The notes below the pieces were generated by a model that made no database searches, was not told the origin of the DNA, and saw only the letters and a program-made list of their open reading frames with translations. The position numbers and the translations under genes were made by a program. 64,000 bases of DNA, taken from NCBI GenBank assembly GCA_965243075.1, contig OZ251525.1:2144348-2208347 (forward strand), in the 5' to 3' direction. This stretch comes from Tepidiformaceae bacterium (GTDB lineage Bacteria; Chloroflexota; Dehalococcoidia; Tepidiformales; Tepidiformaceae). The first letter of the stretch is position 1. Each line of letters begins with the position of its first letter. Positions 28,542 to 39,493 of this stretch are shown piece by piece.

Positions 28542-29479
28542 CCCGCGTCCGCGCGTCCGGCCACGAGCCGCTCCGCCGCCGTGTGCGGGTCGAGCGAGCG
28601 CCCGGCCACCTCCGCGACGAGCCCGGCCAGCGCCTCCTCCGAGGTGCCCGCGCGGATGCGGTCGAGCAGGATGCGCTGGGCGGTGGCGAGCACCTGGTGG
28701 CGCGCCTCCCGCTGGCGCTGGCGGTCGAGTTCGCCCGTGCGTTCGAGGTGGGCGCGGTGCTCGTCGATGGCGTCCACGAGAGCGGGCACGCCCTCGCCCG
28801 TGGTGGCCACGGTGGAGAGGATGGGCGGGTCGCGGCCCTCGCCCGGGGCCAGCGCCAGCAGCGCCCGCAGCTGGCTCACGAGCACGTCCGCGCCGGGGCG
28901 GTCGGCCTTGTTCACCACGAGCACGTCGGCGATCTCGATGATGCCCGCCTTGAGCGCCTGGATGTCGTCGCCCGTGCCCGGGTTGTTGACCAGCACGGTG
29001 GTGAGGGCGGTGCCCGCGATCTCGACCTCGTCCTGCCCCGCGCCCACCGTCTCGATGAAGACGTAGGGGAAGCCGAAGGCGTCCATGACGGCCACCACGT
29101 CGTCGATGGCGGGGGCCAGTCCGCCCAATGCGCCGCGGCCCGCCATGCTACGCACGAACACGCCCTCGTCGAGCACGAGGTCCTGCATGCGGATGCGGTC
29201 GCCGAGGATGGCCCCCTGCGTGAAGGGGCTGGAGGGGTCGACGGCGATGACGCCCACCTGTTGGCCGCGCCGCCGCAGCTCGCCCGCCAGCGCGCCCGTG
29301 AGGCTGCTCTTGCCCGATCCCGCGCCGCCCGTGACGCCGACGGTGTGGGCGCGCCCGGAGCGGGGGTAGAGGCGGCGCAGGGCCTCGCGGCCCTCGCGCG
29401 TGCCGTTCTCCACGCGGGTGAGGACGCGGGAGAGCGCGCGGCGGTCCCCCGCCAGCAGGCGTTCGACGAGGTCGCTCAC
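28538..29479 (-). CDS. meaB: methylmalonyl-CoA mutase-associated GTPase
   Basis: [14 protein letters not shown]-loop, ETVGAGQDE and VNKADR motifs. Confidence 0.9.
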   Translation of the reverse strand: MSDLVERLLAGDRRALSRVLTRVENGTREGREALRRLYPRSGRAHTVGVTGGAGSGKSSLTGALAGELRRRGQQVGVIAVDPSSPFTQGAILGDRIRMQDLVLDEGVFVRSMAGRGALGGLAPAIDDVVAVMDAFGFPYVFIETVGAGQDEVEIAGTALTTVLVNNPGTGDDIQALKAGIIEIADVLVVNKADRPGADVLVSQLRALLALAPGEGRDPPILSTVATTGEGVPALVDAIDEHRAHLERTGELDRQRQREARHQVLATAQRILLDRIRAGTSEEALAGLVAEVAGRSLDPHTAAERLVAGRADAG

Positions 29480-29910
29480 CCGGCGCGGGCGTTGTCGCGC
29501 ACGAAGGAGACGATGTCGCCGGTGTTCGTGCCGGGCCGGAAGATGGCGCTGAAGCCCAGCCCCTCCAGCGCGTCCGTGTCCTCCTCGGGGATGATGCCGC
29601 CGCAGAAGAGCAGCACGTCGTCCACGCCGCGCGAGCTCAGCTCCTCGACGATGCGGGGGAAGAGCTCGAGGTGCGCGCCGGAGAGGATGCTCAGGCCGAC
29701 CACGTCCACGTCCTCCTGCAGGGCGGCCTCGGCGATCATCTGCGGGGTCTGGCGGATGCCCGTGTAGATGACCTCGCAGCCGCCGTCGCGGAGGGCGCGG
29801 GCCACGATCTTGGCGCCGCGGTCGTGGCCGTCCAGCCCGGGCTTGGCGATGAGGACGCGAATCTTGCGGGCGGTCTCCTCCGCGCCGGAGGTTTCGTGCG
29901 TTGCGGTCAT
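29476..29910 (-). CDS. methylmalonyl-CoA mutase, B12-binding small subunit
   Basis: [25 protein letters not shown] (DxHxxG cobalamin motif). Trimmed to ATG 29910. Confidence 0.9.
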   Translation of the reverse strand: MTATHETSGAEETARKIRVLIAKPGLDGHDRGAKIVARALRDGGCEVIYTGIRQTPQMIAEAALQEDVDVVGLSILSGAHLELFPRIVEELSSRGVDDVLLFCGGIIPEEDTDALEGLGFSAIFRPGTNTGDIVSFVRDNARAG

Positions 29911-29927
29911 GGTGTTGCTCCTGTTGG

Positions 29928-30746
29928 CTATTCGGGGCGTTCGATCAGCTGCAGGTTCACGCCGAAGGACGAGCGCGGCGAGACGAAGGCCACGCCGCCG
30001 TTGGGGGCGCCCGCGCGCGCGCCCGTTTCGCGCAGGGCGGCCACGGCGGCCTCCGCGTCGGCCACGGCCAGCGACAGCAGGAAGGCGCCCTCGCCGCGCT
30101 CGGCGGCGAACGACGCCACCGGGCCCTCGTCGCCCAGCGGGCGGATGAATTCGAGGTGCGCGTTGCCCGCCAGCATGAAGGCGTTCTCGATGCCGAGCGC
30201 CTCCACGCGGCCCCCCAGCGCGGGGTCGAGCGCGAAGCCGAAGTGGCGCGCGTAGGCGGCGGCGGCGGCGGCGATGTCCGCCACCACGATGCCGATGTGG
30301 TCGATGCGCCGCGCCAGCGCGTCCGCCGACGGGCCCGCGTGCGGCTCGGCCACGGGCGTGGCGTACTCGATGAGCACGCCGTGGTTCGACCTGGGATGGA
30401 GGAAGCCGATCATGCCCGCCAAGCCCGGGCGCGGCGTCTCGTCGATGAGCTGGACGCCCGCGGCGGCGGCGGCGCGCAGGTCGGCGGCGCAGTCGTCCGA
30501 TTCGAGGCAGACGTGGTGCAGGCCCTCGCCCCGCGATTCGAGGAAGCGGGCCACGCCGGTGCCCTCGCGCACCGGCTCCAGCAGCTCGATCTCGGCGTCG
30601 CCCGCGGGCAGGAGCACGCCGCGCACGCCCTGATCGGCGATCACGCGGTCGGCGCTCACGGGCAGGCCGAGGGCGTCGCGGTAGAAGCCGAGGGCGGCGT
30701 CCGCGTCGCGCACGACGATGCCGACGTGGTGGACCTTGCTCAGCAT
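29928..30746 (-). CDS. methylmalonyl-CoA epimerase-like VOC protein (two tandem glyoxalase-fold modules)
   Basis: [16 protein letters not shown]...[10 protein letters not shown], and a second [12 protein letters not shown]... module about 140 aa later. Confidence 0.8.
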   Translation of the reverse strand: MLSKVHHVGIVVRDADAALGFYRDALGLPVSADRVIADQGVRGVLLPAGDAEIELLEPVREGTGVARFLESRGEGLHHVCLESDDCAADLRAAAAAGVQLIDETPRPGLAGMIGFLHPRSNHGVLIEYATPVAEPHAGPSADALARRIDHIGIVVADIAAAAAAYARHFGFALDPALGGRVEALGIENAFMLAGNAHLEFIRPLGDEGPVASFAAERGEGAFLLSLAVADAEAAVAALRETGARAGAPNGGVAFVSPRSSFGVNLQLIERPE

Positions 30747-31269
30747 CAGCCTTCCTCTCCGCTGGCGGCGGCGGGCGCGCGCACGCCCGGCATGCCCGCG
30801 AGGCTGGCAGCGATGAGGCGCCAGTGCTCGCGGTCGTGCTCGATGGCGGCGCGCACGAGGCGGTTGGGCACGCGCCCCGTTTCGCCCAGCGCATCATCCC
30901 CGAAGCCGTCGAGCAGCGCGAGCAGGCGCGCGCGCCCGGCCTTCAGCTGTTCGAGCGCGCTCCAGAAGGTGAGGCTGCGCTTGCGCTCCACGTGGTCCTC
31001 GTTCCAAGCGTCGTCGTAGGTTTCCGCGCCGTCGAGCAGGGCCGGGCGGCGGCCGTCGCGCACCTCGCGCAGGGCGGCCGTGAACTCGGCCTCCCAGGTG
31101 GCCACGTGGCCGACGATGTCCTTGAGCGACCAGTCGCCGATGAAGGGGCGCTCGATGTCGCGGATGCGGCAGGTCTCGACGTTGCGCAGGAGCTGGTTGC
31201 GTTCCAGCTCGAGCTCGCCCAGCAGGCGGCGGCGCTCGTCGGCGAAGCCGCGGGTGTCCTCCTCGGCCA

Positions 31270-31270
<1 letters not shown>
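30746..31270 (-). CDS. DinB-family (four-helix bundle) protein
   Basis: [14 protein letters not shown] and EHDREHW histidine motifs. ATGA overlaps at both ends. Confidence 0.7.
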
Positions 31271-32919
<1,649 letters not shown>

Positions 32920-32996
32920 GGGCCTTACTCCGCCGTGCGTCATACGCGGCCCGCCGCCGCGCCCCATCGGGACGCACGACCGAATCCGCGCGGGGC

Positions 32997-33002
32997 AGTA
33001 TA
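32997..33002 (-). promoter_or_regulatory. putative -10 box TATACT for the mutase operon
   Basis: The only AT-rich hexamer in the 110-bp GC-rich region upstream of 32919. Confidence 0.35.
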
Positions 33003-33030
33003 GCCCAGCGCCGCGCCGGGCGGGGCGGGA

Positions 33031-33318
33031 CTACGCGCAGGCGCCGGACAGGACCACCGCCACGCCGACGGCGGCTCCGGCGAAGGCGAAGGCCGCCAGC
33101 CACGCCGCCACGGCCCAGCGACGGCGGCGCTTCGCGGCCCCGGCGAGGATGGGGGAGTAGGCCTCCGCGGGAGCCGCCGCGGAGGGCGGGTACGACTCGC
33201 CCGCGATCGCTTGCGCCCGCTCCGCCGTCCGCGACCGGTCGCGCGACGGAGGGCGCGCCAACGGCTTCCGCCGCCGCCATCTCCGATCCCGGAAGTAGTC
33301 CCTGTCCGCGAGGCCCAC
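33031..33318 (-). CDS. small protein with C-terminal TM segment
   Basis: GTG start. The product is MGLADRDYFRDRRW...WAVAAWLAAFAFAGAAVGVAVVL. Its first 4 codons are part of the higBA duplication unit. Confidence 0.35.
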   Translation of the reverse strand: MGLADRDYFRDRRWRRRKPLARPPSRDRSRTAERAQAIAGESYPPSAAAPAEAYSPILAGAAKRRRRWAVAAWLAAFAFAGAAVGVAVVLSGACA

Positions 33319-33336
33319 GGCGTTTCGTCCCGACGC

Positions 33337-33699
33337 TCAGGCGGGTTCGCGCAGGAGCACGTCGGCGGGGATGCCGAGGCGCTCGTGGAGGGCGCGCATC
33401 ATCGGCGCCGTGAGCGCGCGCTCCCCGGCGAGGACGGCGGCGACGGTGGCCTCGTCGCCCAGCCAGGGAACCAGGTCGCGCTCGCACAACCCCTGCTGGT
33501 CCAGGTGGTGAAGGAGGGCCCCCAAGGGAGTGGGCGGGCCAATGGGGTAGTGCACGTCCTCGTAGCGCTCGACCACGTCGGCGACCGCGTTCAGCTCCTC
33601 GTATTCGGGGCTGCCCTCGGGCGCATCGATCAGGTCGTCGATGCGCGCCAGCGCGGCATCGTATTCGGCCTCGGTGCGGATGGGGCTGACAGTGGCCAC
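33337..33699 (-). CDS. higA: HigA-type antitoxin (C-terminal HTH), copy 1
   Basis: PIRTEAEYDAALARIDDL... N-terminus and a C-terminal HTH-like segment. It lies immediately downstream of the HigB-like toxin. Confidence 0.8.
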   Translation of the reverse strand: MATVSPIRTEAEYDAALARIDDLIDAPEGSPEYEELNAVADVVERYEDVHYPIGPPTPLGALLHHLDQQGLCERDLVPWLGDEATVAAVLAGERALTAPMMRALHERLGIPADVLLREPA

Positions 33700-33701
33700 G
33701 G

Positions 33702-33995
33702 CTACACCTCCCGCGCGTTCACGCGATCATACTCCCCGTGCGTGCCGACGAAACGAACGTAGACGCGACGGAGCCGGTAGTCGACTTTCACGATCAGGCG
33801 GTAGGCGTTTCCCCTGATGTTGAAGACCACGCGGCCGTTGCCCACGATGCTGGCCTTCGGATGGAGCGCCTTCACGTCCGCGGGCGTGGCCCAGGTTTCC
33901 TTGCGGGTATCGTCGTACCACGCGCGCAACGCATCTTCCGCGTCACGGTGGCCTTCCCAGAACTCGCGCAGCGCCCTCCGGGAGATGATGCGCAT
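33702..33995 (-). CDS. higB: HigB-type toxin (mRNA interferase family), copy 1
   Basis: MRIISRRALREFWEGH...VFNIRGNAYRLIVKVDYRLRRVYVRFVGTHGEYDR matches the HigB (PF09907-type) pattern. Confidence 0.8.
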   Translation of the reverse strand: MRIISRRALREFWEGHRDAEDALRAWYDDTRKETWATPADVKALHPKASIVGNGRVVFNIRGNAYRLIVKVDYRLRRVYVRFVGTHGEYDRVNAREV

Positions 33996-34058
33996 GCCGA
34001 CTCAGGACAGGCCACGCGCTTGCTTCACGCGAGGCCCACGGCGCTTCGTCCCCGACGC

Positions 34059-34421
34059 TCAGGCGGGTTCGCGCAGGAGCACGTCGGCGGGGATACCGAG
34101 GCGCTCGTGGAGGGCACGCATCATCGGCGCCGTGAGCGCGCACTCCCCGGCGAGGACGGCGGCGACGGTGGCCTCGTCGCCCAGCCAGGGAACCAGGTCG
34201 CGCTCGCACAGCCCCTGCTGGTCCAGCTCGAAGCGGATGGCTTCGGCCAGACTGGGCCAGCCCATGGGGTAGTGCCGATCCTCGTAGCAAAAGACCAGAT
34301 CGGCGAGCACGTCAAGCTCGTCGTCCTCGGGGCTGCCCTCGGGGGCATCCATCAACTCCTCGATGCGCTTGAGCGCGGCCTCGTGGTCGGCCTCGGTGCG
34401 GATAGGCTTGACGTGCACCAT
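34059..34421 (-). CDS. higA: HigA-type antitoxin, copy 2
   Basis: The C-terminal 55 aa are identical to copy 1 except one residue. The N-terminal half is diverged. Confidence 0.8.
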   Translation of the reverse strand: MVHVKPIRTEADHEAALKRIEELMDAPEGSPEDDELDVLADLVFCYEDRHYPMGWPSLAEAIRFELDQQGLCERDLVPWLGDEATVAAVLAGECALTAPMMRALHERLGIPADVLLREPA

Positions 34422-34423
34422 TG

Positions 34424-34717
34424 CTACACCTCGCGAGCGTCGACGCGATCATACTCCACATGCGTACCGACGAAGCGAACGTAGACCGTACGCCACCGGT
34501 AGTTGACCAGCACGATCAGGCGATAATCGTTCCCCCGAATGTTGAAGACCACGCGGTTGCGCCCGACGATGCTGGCCGTGGGGTAGCTGGCCTTCACATC
34601 CGCGGGCGTGCTCCAGTCTTCCCGCCGGACCTTCCGGTACCAGGCATCCAGCGCGCCTTCCGCGTCACGGTGGACTTCCCAGAACTCGCGCAGCGCCCTC
34701 CGGGAGATGATTCGCAC
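34424..34717 (-). CDS. higB: HigB-type toxin, copy 2
   Basis: Roughly three-quarters identical to copy 1 by eye. Confidence 0.8.
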   Translation of the reverse strand: MRIISRRALREFWEVHRDAEGALDAWYRKVRREDWSTPADVKASYPTASIVGRNRVVFNIRGNDYRLIVLVNYRWRTVYVRFVGTHVEYDRVDAREV

Positions 34718-34723
34718 GCCGCC

Positions 34724-35311
34724 TCAGGACAGGCCGCGCGCTTCCTTCTCCTTCTCCAGACGCACGGCGTCGGAGCTCAGCATCGGGCCCTTCCTGTCGT
34801 CCGGCAGCTGGCCCGCCGTGGCCAGCCCCATCTTCACGCCGTCGAAGGTGATCCACTTCTCCGGGATCAGCTCCATGACCACGCGCAGGGGCGAATCGAG
34901 CGTCTTCTCGAAGGCGGCGGCCTGCTCCTCGGTGGCCTCCGGGCGGAAGGCGAGGGCGTGGTAGAACCAGTCCTTCGTCTCGCGGTCCTCGTGCATGACG
35001 CAGCGGCACTTGGCCGTGATCGTCTTGCCCGGGCCGAGGTGCGTGCCCGTGCTGGTGAGCACCACGGAGCAGCGCGGGTCGCGGCGCAGCGCGGCCATGC
35101 GGTGGCGGTGGGCGGCGGCGGTCATCCAGAAGGAGCCTTTGGCCCAGACGACGGCGTGCATGACGCCCACGGGCCAGCCGTCGCGCGTGGACCAGTTGAG
35201 CACGGCCTCGCGCACGGAGTCGAGCAGCTCTTCCTTCACGTCCTCGTCGATGGGATAGATGGAGACGGTCTCGTGATCCTTGGTGGGGTCGGGCTGATAG
35301 CCGTCGGACAT
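34724..35311 (-). CDS. pyridoxamine 5'-phosphate oxidase family protein
   Basis: ORF 34724..35659 trimmed to ATG 35311. The sequence pattern is typical of split-barrel PPOX-like proteins. Confidence 0.65.
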   Translation of the reverse strand: MSDGYQPDPTKDHETVSIYPIDEDVKEELLDSVREAVLNWSTRDGWPVGVMHAVVWAKGSFWMTAAAHRHRMAALRRDPRCSVVLTSTGTHLGPGKTITAKCRCVMHEDRETKDWFYHALAFRPEATEEQAAAFEKTLDSPLRVVMELIPEKWITFDGVKMGLATAGQLPDDRKGPMLSSDAVRLEKEKEARGLS

Positions 35312-35416
35312 GGCGGGCCTCCTGTGCGCGCGAACCTTGCCGCGCGGACGCGGGGCTGTCAACGGGCGGGCCGCGCAATCGGGACGGACGGACGCTCGCG
35401 GCCCCGTGCGACGGTC

Positions 35417-35422
35417 TATACT
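35417..35422 (+). promoter_or_regulatory. putative -10 box TATACT upstream of 35451
   Basis: TATACT, then a GGAGGG SD, then ATG 35451. Confidence 0.4.
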
Positions 35423-35450
35423 GCCGCGATACTGGCCCCGGAGGGACGCT

Positions 35451-36350
35451 ATGACGGCGAACGCGACGACGGACGGTTTCGCGGCGAGTTTCACGCTCGA
35501 CCGTGGCGATCCCGCTGCCGGGATCGATGAGGAGATCATCGGGCGCTGGGAGCGGGACGGGGTGGTGATGCTGCGCGGCGCGCTCGACCCCCAGTGGCTG
35601 ATGCTGCTGGAGATGGGGTTCCAGCGCGTGATGGCCAACTCGTCGATGGCCAAGCACACGTTCTACGAGGGCAGCGAGGGCGAGTTCCAGGAGACGGTGC
35701 GGAACTTCGACACGACCTTCGAGATCAGGCGGCTGCTCTACGACTCGCCCATCAAGGAAATCCTGGGCCGGTTCATGCGCACGGAGAACGTCTGGTACTA
35801 CTCGGACGAGTTCTTCATCAAGGACTCCGGCGGGGCGAAGCGCACGCCGTGGCACCAGGACACGCCCTACTACCCGCTCGAGGGGACGCAGTTCTCCTCC
35901 ATGTGGATCTCCCTCGATCCGCTCCCGCGGGCCGAGTGCCTCGAGTACGTCGTCGGGAGCCACCTGGGGACCATGTACGACGGCTTCAACCCCTCGAAGC
36001 CGGACGACCCCTCCAGCGGCTTCTACGGCGAGGGGCTGCCGATCCTGCCGAACATCGAGGAGTCGCGGGAGGACTACCCGATCGCGGGCTGGGAGGTCGC
36101 GCCCGGCGACGTCATCGTCTCCAATCCGGGCATCATCCACGGGGGCGGGCCGACGCTGCGCGAGGGGCGGCGTCGCGCCCTCGCCGTCAGGATGTTCGGC
36201 GACGATGTGGTGTTCGCGGCGAGGCCGCCGTCGCGTCCCACGGTCCCGGTGACGCCGGGGCTGGGCCTCCACCTGAAGCCGGGCGATCCGCTGCGGAGCC
36301 CCTGGTACCCGAAGCTGCGGCCTTCCCCCGAGCACGAACGGTACGGCTGA
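35451..36350 (+). CDS. phytanoyl-CoA dioxygenase (PhyH) family Fe(II)/2OG oxygenase
   Basis: TPWHQDTPYYP (HxD), with GDVIVSNPGIIHGG later. Confidence 0.8.
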   Translation: MTANATTDGFAASFTLDRGDPAAGIDEEIIGRWERDGVVMLRGALDPQWLMLLEMGFQRVMANSSMAKHTFYEGSEGEFQETVRNFDTTFEIRRLLYDSPIKEILGRFMRTENVWYYSDEFFIKDSGGAKRTPWHQDTPYYPLEGTQFSSMWISLDPLPRAECLEYVVGSHLGTMYDGFNPSKPDDPSSGFYGEGLPILPNIEESREDYPIAGWEVAPGDVIVSNPGIIHGGGPTLREGRRRALAVRMFGDDVVFAARPPSRPTVPVTPGLGLHLKPGDPLRSPWYPKLRPSPEHERYG

Positions 36351-36362
36351 CGGAGGACGGAC

Positions 36363-37331
36363 GTGGACGGAATCGCGCACCGCTTCGTGGAGACGAACGG
36401 CATCCGCATGCACGTCGCCGAGGCGGGCGAGGGGCCGCTGGTCGTGCTCTGCCACGGCTTCCCCGAATCGTGGTACTCGTGGCGGCACCAGCTGACGGCG
36501 CTGGCGGAGGCGGGCTTCCACGCCGTCGCCCCCGACCAGCGCGGCTACGGCCAGAGCGACGCCCCCGACCCCATCGAGGCCTACACGCAGCTGCACCTCA
36601 CGGGCGACGTCGTGGGGCTGCTGGACGCGCTGGGCGAGGAGCGCGCCGTCGTGGTCGGCCACGACTGGGGCGCGCCCGTGGCCTGGAACGCGGCCATGCT
36701 GCGGCCCGACCGCTTCCGCGGCGTCATCGGCCTCAGCGTGGCCCACAACGCCCATCGCGGGAAGGAGCCGCCCACGCGCGCCATGAAGCGCGTCTACGGC
36801 GACCGCTTCTTCTACCAGCTCTACTTCCAGGAGCCGGGCAAGGCCGAGGCCGAGCTGGAGGCGGACGTGCGCCGCTCCCTGCGGATGCTGCTGTACTCGG
36901 CCTCCGGCGACGCGCCCCCCGACGGCGCCTTCCGCGCCCTGCCGAAGAGCGCGGGCTTCCTCGACGGCATGTCCGAGCCCGAGGCCCTGCCCGCGTGGCT
37001 GACGGAGGCCGACCTCGACTTCCTGACGGCGGAGTTCGAGCGCTCCGGCTTCCGCGGCGGCCTCAACTGGTACCGCGCCGTGGACCGCACGTGGGAGCTG
37101 ATGGCGCCCTTCGACGGGCTGACGGTGCGGCCGCCCGCCCTCTTCGTGGCGGGCGAGCACGACGGCGTCATCACCATGATGGGGCCGGGCTACCTCGACC
37201 GCCTGCGTGAGAGCGCGCCCAACCTGCGCGACGCCGTCATCCTGCCGCGCGCCGGACACTGGACGCAGCAGGAAGCGCCCGAGGCCGTGAACGAGGCCAT
37301 GATCGCCTTCCTGCGCGCCCTGCCGGAATAG
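36363..37331 (+). CDS. alpha/beta hydrolase, epoxide-hydrolase-like
   Basis: VVLCHGFPESWYSWRHQ and VVGHDWGAPVAW (nucleophile Asp), with AGHWTQQEAPE near the C-terminus. Confidence 0.85.
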   Translation: MDGIAHRFVETNGIRMHVAEAGEGPLVVLCHGFPESWYSWRHQLTALAEAGFHAVAPDQRGYGQSDAPDPIEAYTQLHLTGDVVGLLDALGEERAVVVGHDWGAPVAWNAAMLRPDRFRGVIGLSVAHNAHRGKEPPTRAMKRVYGDRFFYQLYFQEPGKAEAELEADVRRSLRMLLYSASGDAPPDGAFRALPKSAGFLDGMSEPEALPAWLTEADLDFLTAEFERSGFRGGLNWYRAVDRTWELMAPFDGLTVRPPALFVAGEHDGVITMMGPGYLDRLRESAPNLRDAVILPRAGHWTQQEAPEAVNEAMIAFLRALPE

Positions 37332-37336
37332 CCCGC

Positions 37337-37855
37337 CTACTGCCCCGCGCGGTGGCCGTTGGCGCGCGGGCAGACATGCCCGCCGGGGTCGACGGGCGCG
37401 CCGCAGAAGGGGCAGGGCGGGCGGCCCGCGGCCACCACCTCCTCGATGCGGGCGCGCAGGCGGTGGGCGTCGTCGAAGCCGAAATCGAGGGAGATGGCCT
37501 CCGCCTCGCCCTCGGCGGGGGCCTCCGCGCAGAGGATGACGATGCGCCGCGCCTCCTCGTTCAGCCCCAGCGAGAGGCGGCCCGCGCGCACGTCCAGCTC
37601 GTGGTCGGCGCGCAGGGGGAAGACCGGATCGGGCGCGCCGGCGGCGGGGCCGGCGGGGGGCGCGCCGGCGTCCGCGAGCGTCGTTTCGATGGCCTCGCCG
37701 ATGGCGGCCAGCTGCTCCTTCTCCATCCACACGAAGGCGTAGGCGCCGTCGTCGTTGATGGCGCGCAGGCGGAAGCGGCGCTGTCCGGGCTGGCCGACGG
37801 CCTCGGCGGAGAGGTGCTGGAGCGGCCCGAACTCGGTGAGGGGCATCGCGCGCAT
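37337..37855 (-). CDS. DUF3090 family protein
   Basis: AVGQPGQRRFRL and C-terminal AGRPPCPFCGAPVDPGGHVCPRANGH. The true start may be ATG 37846 (MPLTEF), because TAGGAT at 37854..37859 looks like a -10 box. Confidence 0.75.
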   Translation of the reverse strand: MRAMPLTEFGPLQHLSAEAVGQPGQRRFRLRAINDDGAYAFVWMEKEQLAAIGEAIETTLADAGAPPAGPAAGAPDPVFPLRADHELDVRAGRLSLGLNEEARRIVILCAEAPAEGEAEAISLDFGFDDAHRLRARIEEVVAAGRPPCPFCGAPVDPGGHVCPRANGHRAGQ

Positions 37856-37906
37856 CCTACGCCAGCGCGCGGGACGGGCGCGTACGGCAGGCCAGCGGGC
37901 GCGACG
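37780..37906 (-). repeat. direct repeat copy 1 (DUF3090 5' end plus upstream region)
   Basis: Aligns by eye with 39281..39400. The cores GCGGCCCGAACTCGGTGAGGGGCATCG and GCGCATCCTACGCCAGCGCGCGGGA are identical. Confidence 0.8.
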
Positions 37907-38635
37907 CTACAGCGACAAGCTCCGCCTGAGAATCCTCTCCTGATCGGGCTTCAGCACGATGTCGGTGATCCTCATGCCGAAGCGGTCGAGGAACCAACGG
38001 GTTGCCTCACGCGCCTGCTTCGCCGCCTCGTCGTAGACGCCGGGGCCAACCACGCGCCAGTCGTACTCCAGGCAGTCACTGGTGGCACGGCGGAAATCGG
38101 GCAACTCCCACGGGAATGACGCGGACAAGGCGCGATCCTCAATGTGCTGCATGCCAATCCTGACCACGGGAGCTTCGTGCTGTGCCCCAAGCGCGCCCGT
38201 GGCCATGAGGCTTGCCGTGAACTCGAAGATCTCCGTGCACGTATAGAGCACGTTGTCCACGTCAAGGTACCCATTCGGCCTGGAGGCGGGATTCCCGTAC
38301 TTCCGATCAACTTCGGCTCGCCACGACGGCATGTCCTCCCTGAACGTGAAGTAGTGGACGAACAGCCCGCTCTGGAAGAGACGCCAGTACTCGCGCCGCT
38401 CCTCAAACGCCTCCACGCAGGACGCGATCCAGTCCTCGCCCCGCTCAAGGTTTTCGTCGAGGCAGGGGTAGGGCCGTCCGCGCAGCCAAACCTGAGAATC
38501 CCTGACGGCGGACAGGCAGTCGCCGAGCGTGGGAATGCGCTCCTGCTCGAACGACTGCGGGCGGATCACGACCTTCCAGTGCGGACCGTTGCGGATCGCG
38601 TCGAGGATGTCGGTGCTGGTGGCCGTGGCCGTCAT
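37907..38635 (-). CDS. hypothetical protein (242 aa), downstream partner of the AlbA_2 gene
   Basis: Ordinary composition. The ATG lies 1 nt after the upstream stop. I recognise no motif. Confidence 0.6.
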   Translation of the reverse strand: MTATATSTDILDAIRNGPHWKVVIRPQSFEQERIPTLGDCLSAVRDSQVWLRGRPYPCLDENLERGEDWIASCVEAFEERREYWRLFQSGLFVHYFTFREDMPSWRAEVDRKYGNPASRPNGYLDVDNVLYTCTEIFEFTASLMATGALGAQHEAPVVRIGMQHIEDRALSASFPWELPDFRRATSDCLEYDWRVVGPGVYDEAAKQAREATRWFLDRFGMRITDIVLKPDQERILRRSLSL

Positions 38636-38636
38636 C

Positions 38637-39251
38637 TCACGCCTCCCCTTCCTGCTCGATGGAGCGTTCCTGCTCGCCGAACCGATCTTCGTCGCTGGGG
38701 ATGCCAGCCGCCACCGGCGGCAGGAGACCGCGAGCGCGCAGCCTGGCCACGGACCGGTCGGTGGCCAGGTCGATCAAGGCCCGCATGTCCTCGGGGTTGT
38801 CGATGGGCGCGCTGGAGATCACCCGGCGCGAGCGCGTGTAGAGCGCCGCCTGCCGGAGATCGTCCCCCGATCCGCGCGTGCAGATCACCGGCACGTCCTC
38901 GAACGGGTCCACGGCGATCACGAAGAAGGTCTTGCCGTCGTGCTCGTGCTGCATGGCATCAAGCGACACGAAGGGAGCTGCGTGGCGGTTGACGAAGCTT
39001 TGCACATCGTCGAGCGCGTACCCGGCAAGGTGCTCGGAGGTCATCCCCTCCATCTCATAGCGGTCGTTGGCAAGCGGCTCCATGCCGATCACAATGTACC
39101 CCCCGCCCCTCGTGTTTGCGAACGCCAGCGCCGCCTTCACGATGCCGATCTGGAGATCGCGCCACGGCATGGACGGCTTGTACTCAAGGTTGGGCGCTTC
39201 CCGCCCGCGGGCGATGAGGGCGTCGATGTCCGGGCCGTCGGGCATGGGCAC
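38637..39251 (-). CDS. AlbA_2 (Schlafen/divergent AAA_4-type) putative DNA-binding domain protein
   Basis: REAPNLEYKPSMP (the E-x-x-x-E-[FY]-K signature), KAALAFANTRGGGYIVIG and GKTFFVIAV. Confidence 0.65.
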   Translation of the reverse strand: MPMPDGPDIDALIARGREAPNLEYKPSMPWRDLQIGIVKAALAFANTRGGGYIVIGMEPLANDRYEMEGMTSEHLAGYALDDVQSFVNRHAAPFVSLDAMQHEHDGKTFFVIAVDPFEDVPVICTRGSGDDLRQAALYTRSRRVISSAPIDNPEDMRALIDLATDRSVARLRARGLLPPVAAGIPSDEDRFGEQERSIEQEGEA

Positions 39252-39280
39252 GGGCGGAGTCTACCAGATGGCCACGGGCC

Positions 39281-39445
39281 GCTGTCCGGGCTGGCCGGCG
39301 ACCTCGGCGCGCGGAGGCGGCGGGGGCGGCCCGAACTCGGTGAGGGGCATCGGCGCATCCTACGCCAGCGCGCGGGAGGGCGTGAGGCGTGGGCGCGACG
39401 GACTCCGTCGAGGATGTTGGTGCTGGTTGCCAAGTCTCCTGTCAT
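39281..39445 (-). repeat. direct repeat copy 2 (decayed DUF3090 5' end) joined to a 15-codon remnant of a 37907..38635-like gene
   Basis: 39281..39400 matches 37780..37906. 39400..45 encodes MTGDLATSTNILDGV, compared with MTATATSTDILDAI at 38635. Confidence 0.75.
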
Positions 39446-39493
39446 GGGCGTACTACCGCATCGCGGGATCGTGGCAGGGAGTGCGATGCGAGG

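Larger units (their letters stand above)
33308..34750 (-). repeat. tandem duplication (period about 720 bp) of the higBA module
   Basis: GCGAGGCCCACGGCG...CTCAGGCGGGTTCGCGCAGGAGCACGTCGGCGGGGAT... recurs at 33308 and 34028. The 3' ~190 nt of the two higA genes are almost identical. Confidence 0.8.

Noticed and set aside
32920-33030. Possible cobalamin riboswitch in the leader of the B12-dependent mutase operon
   Set aside because: The leader is only about 75 nt after the putative -10 box, and I could not find a B12-box-like sequence or the expected multi-stem structure.
34665-37730. 1021-aa minus-strand ORF
   Set aside because: It is antisense to the PhyH and alpha/beta-hydrolase genes and has junk composition.
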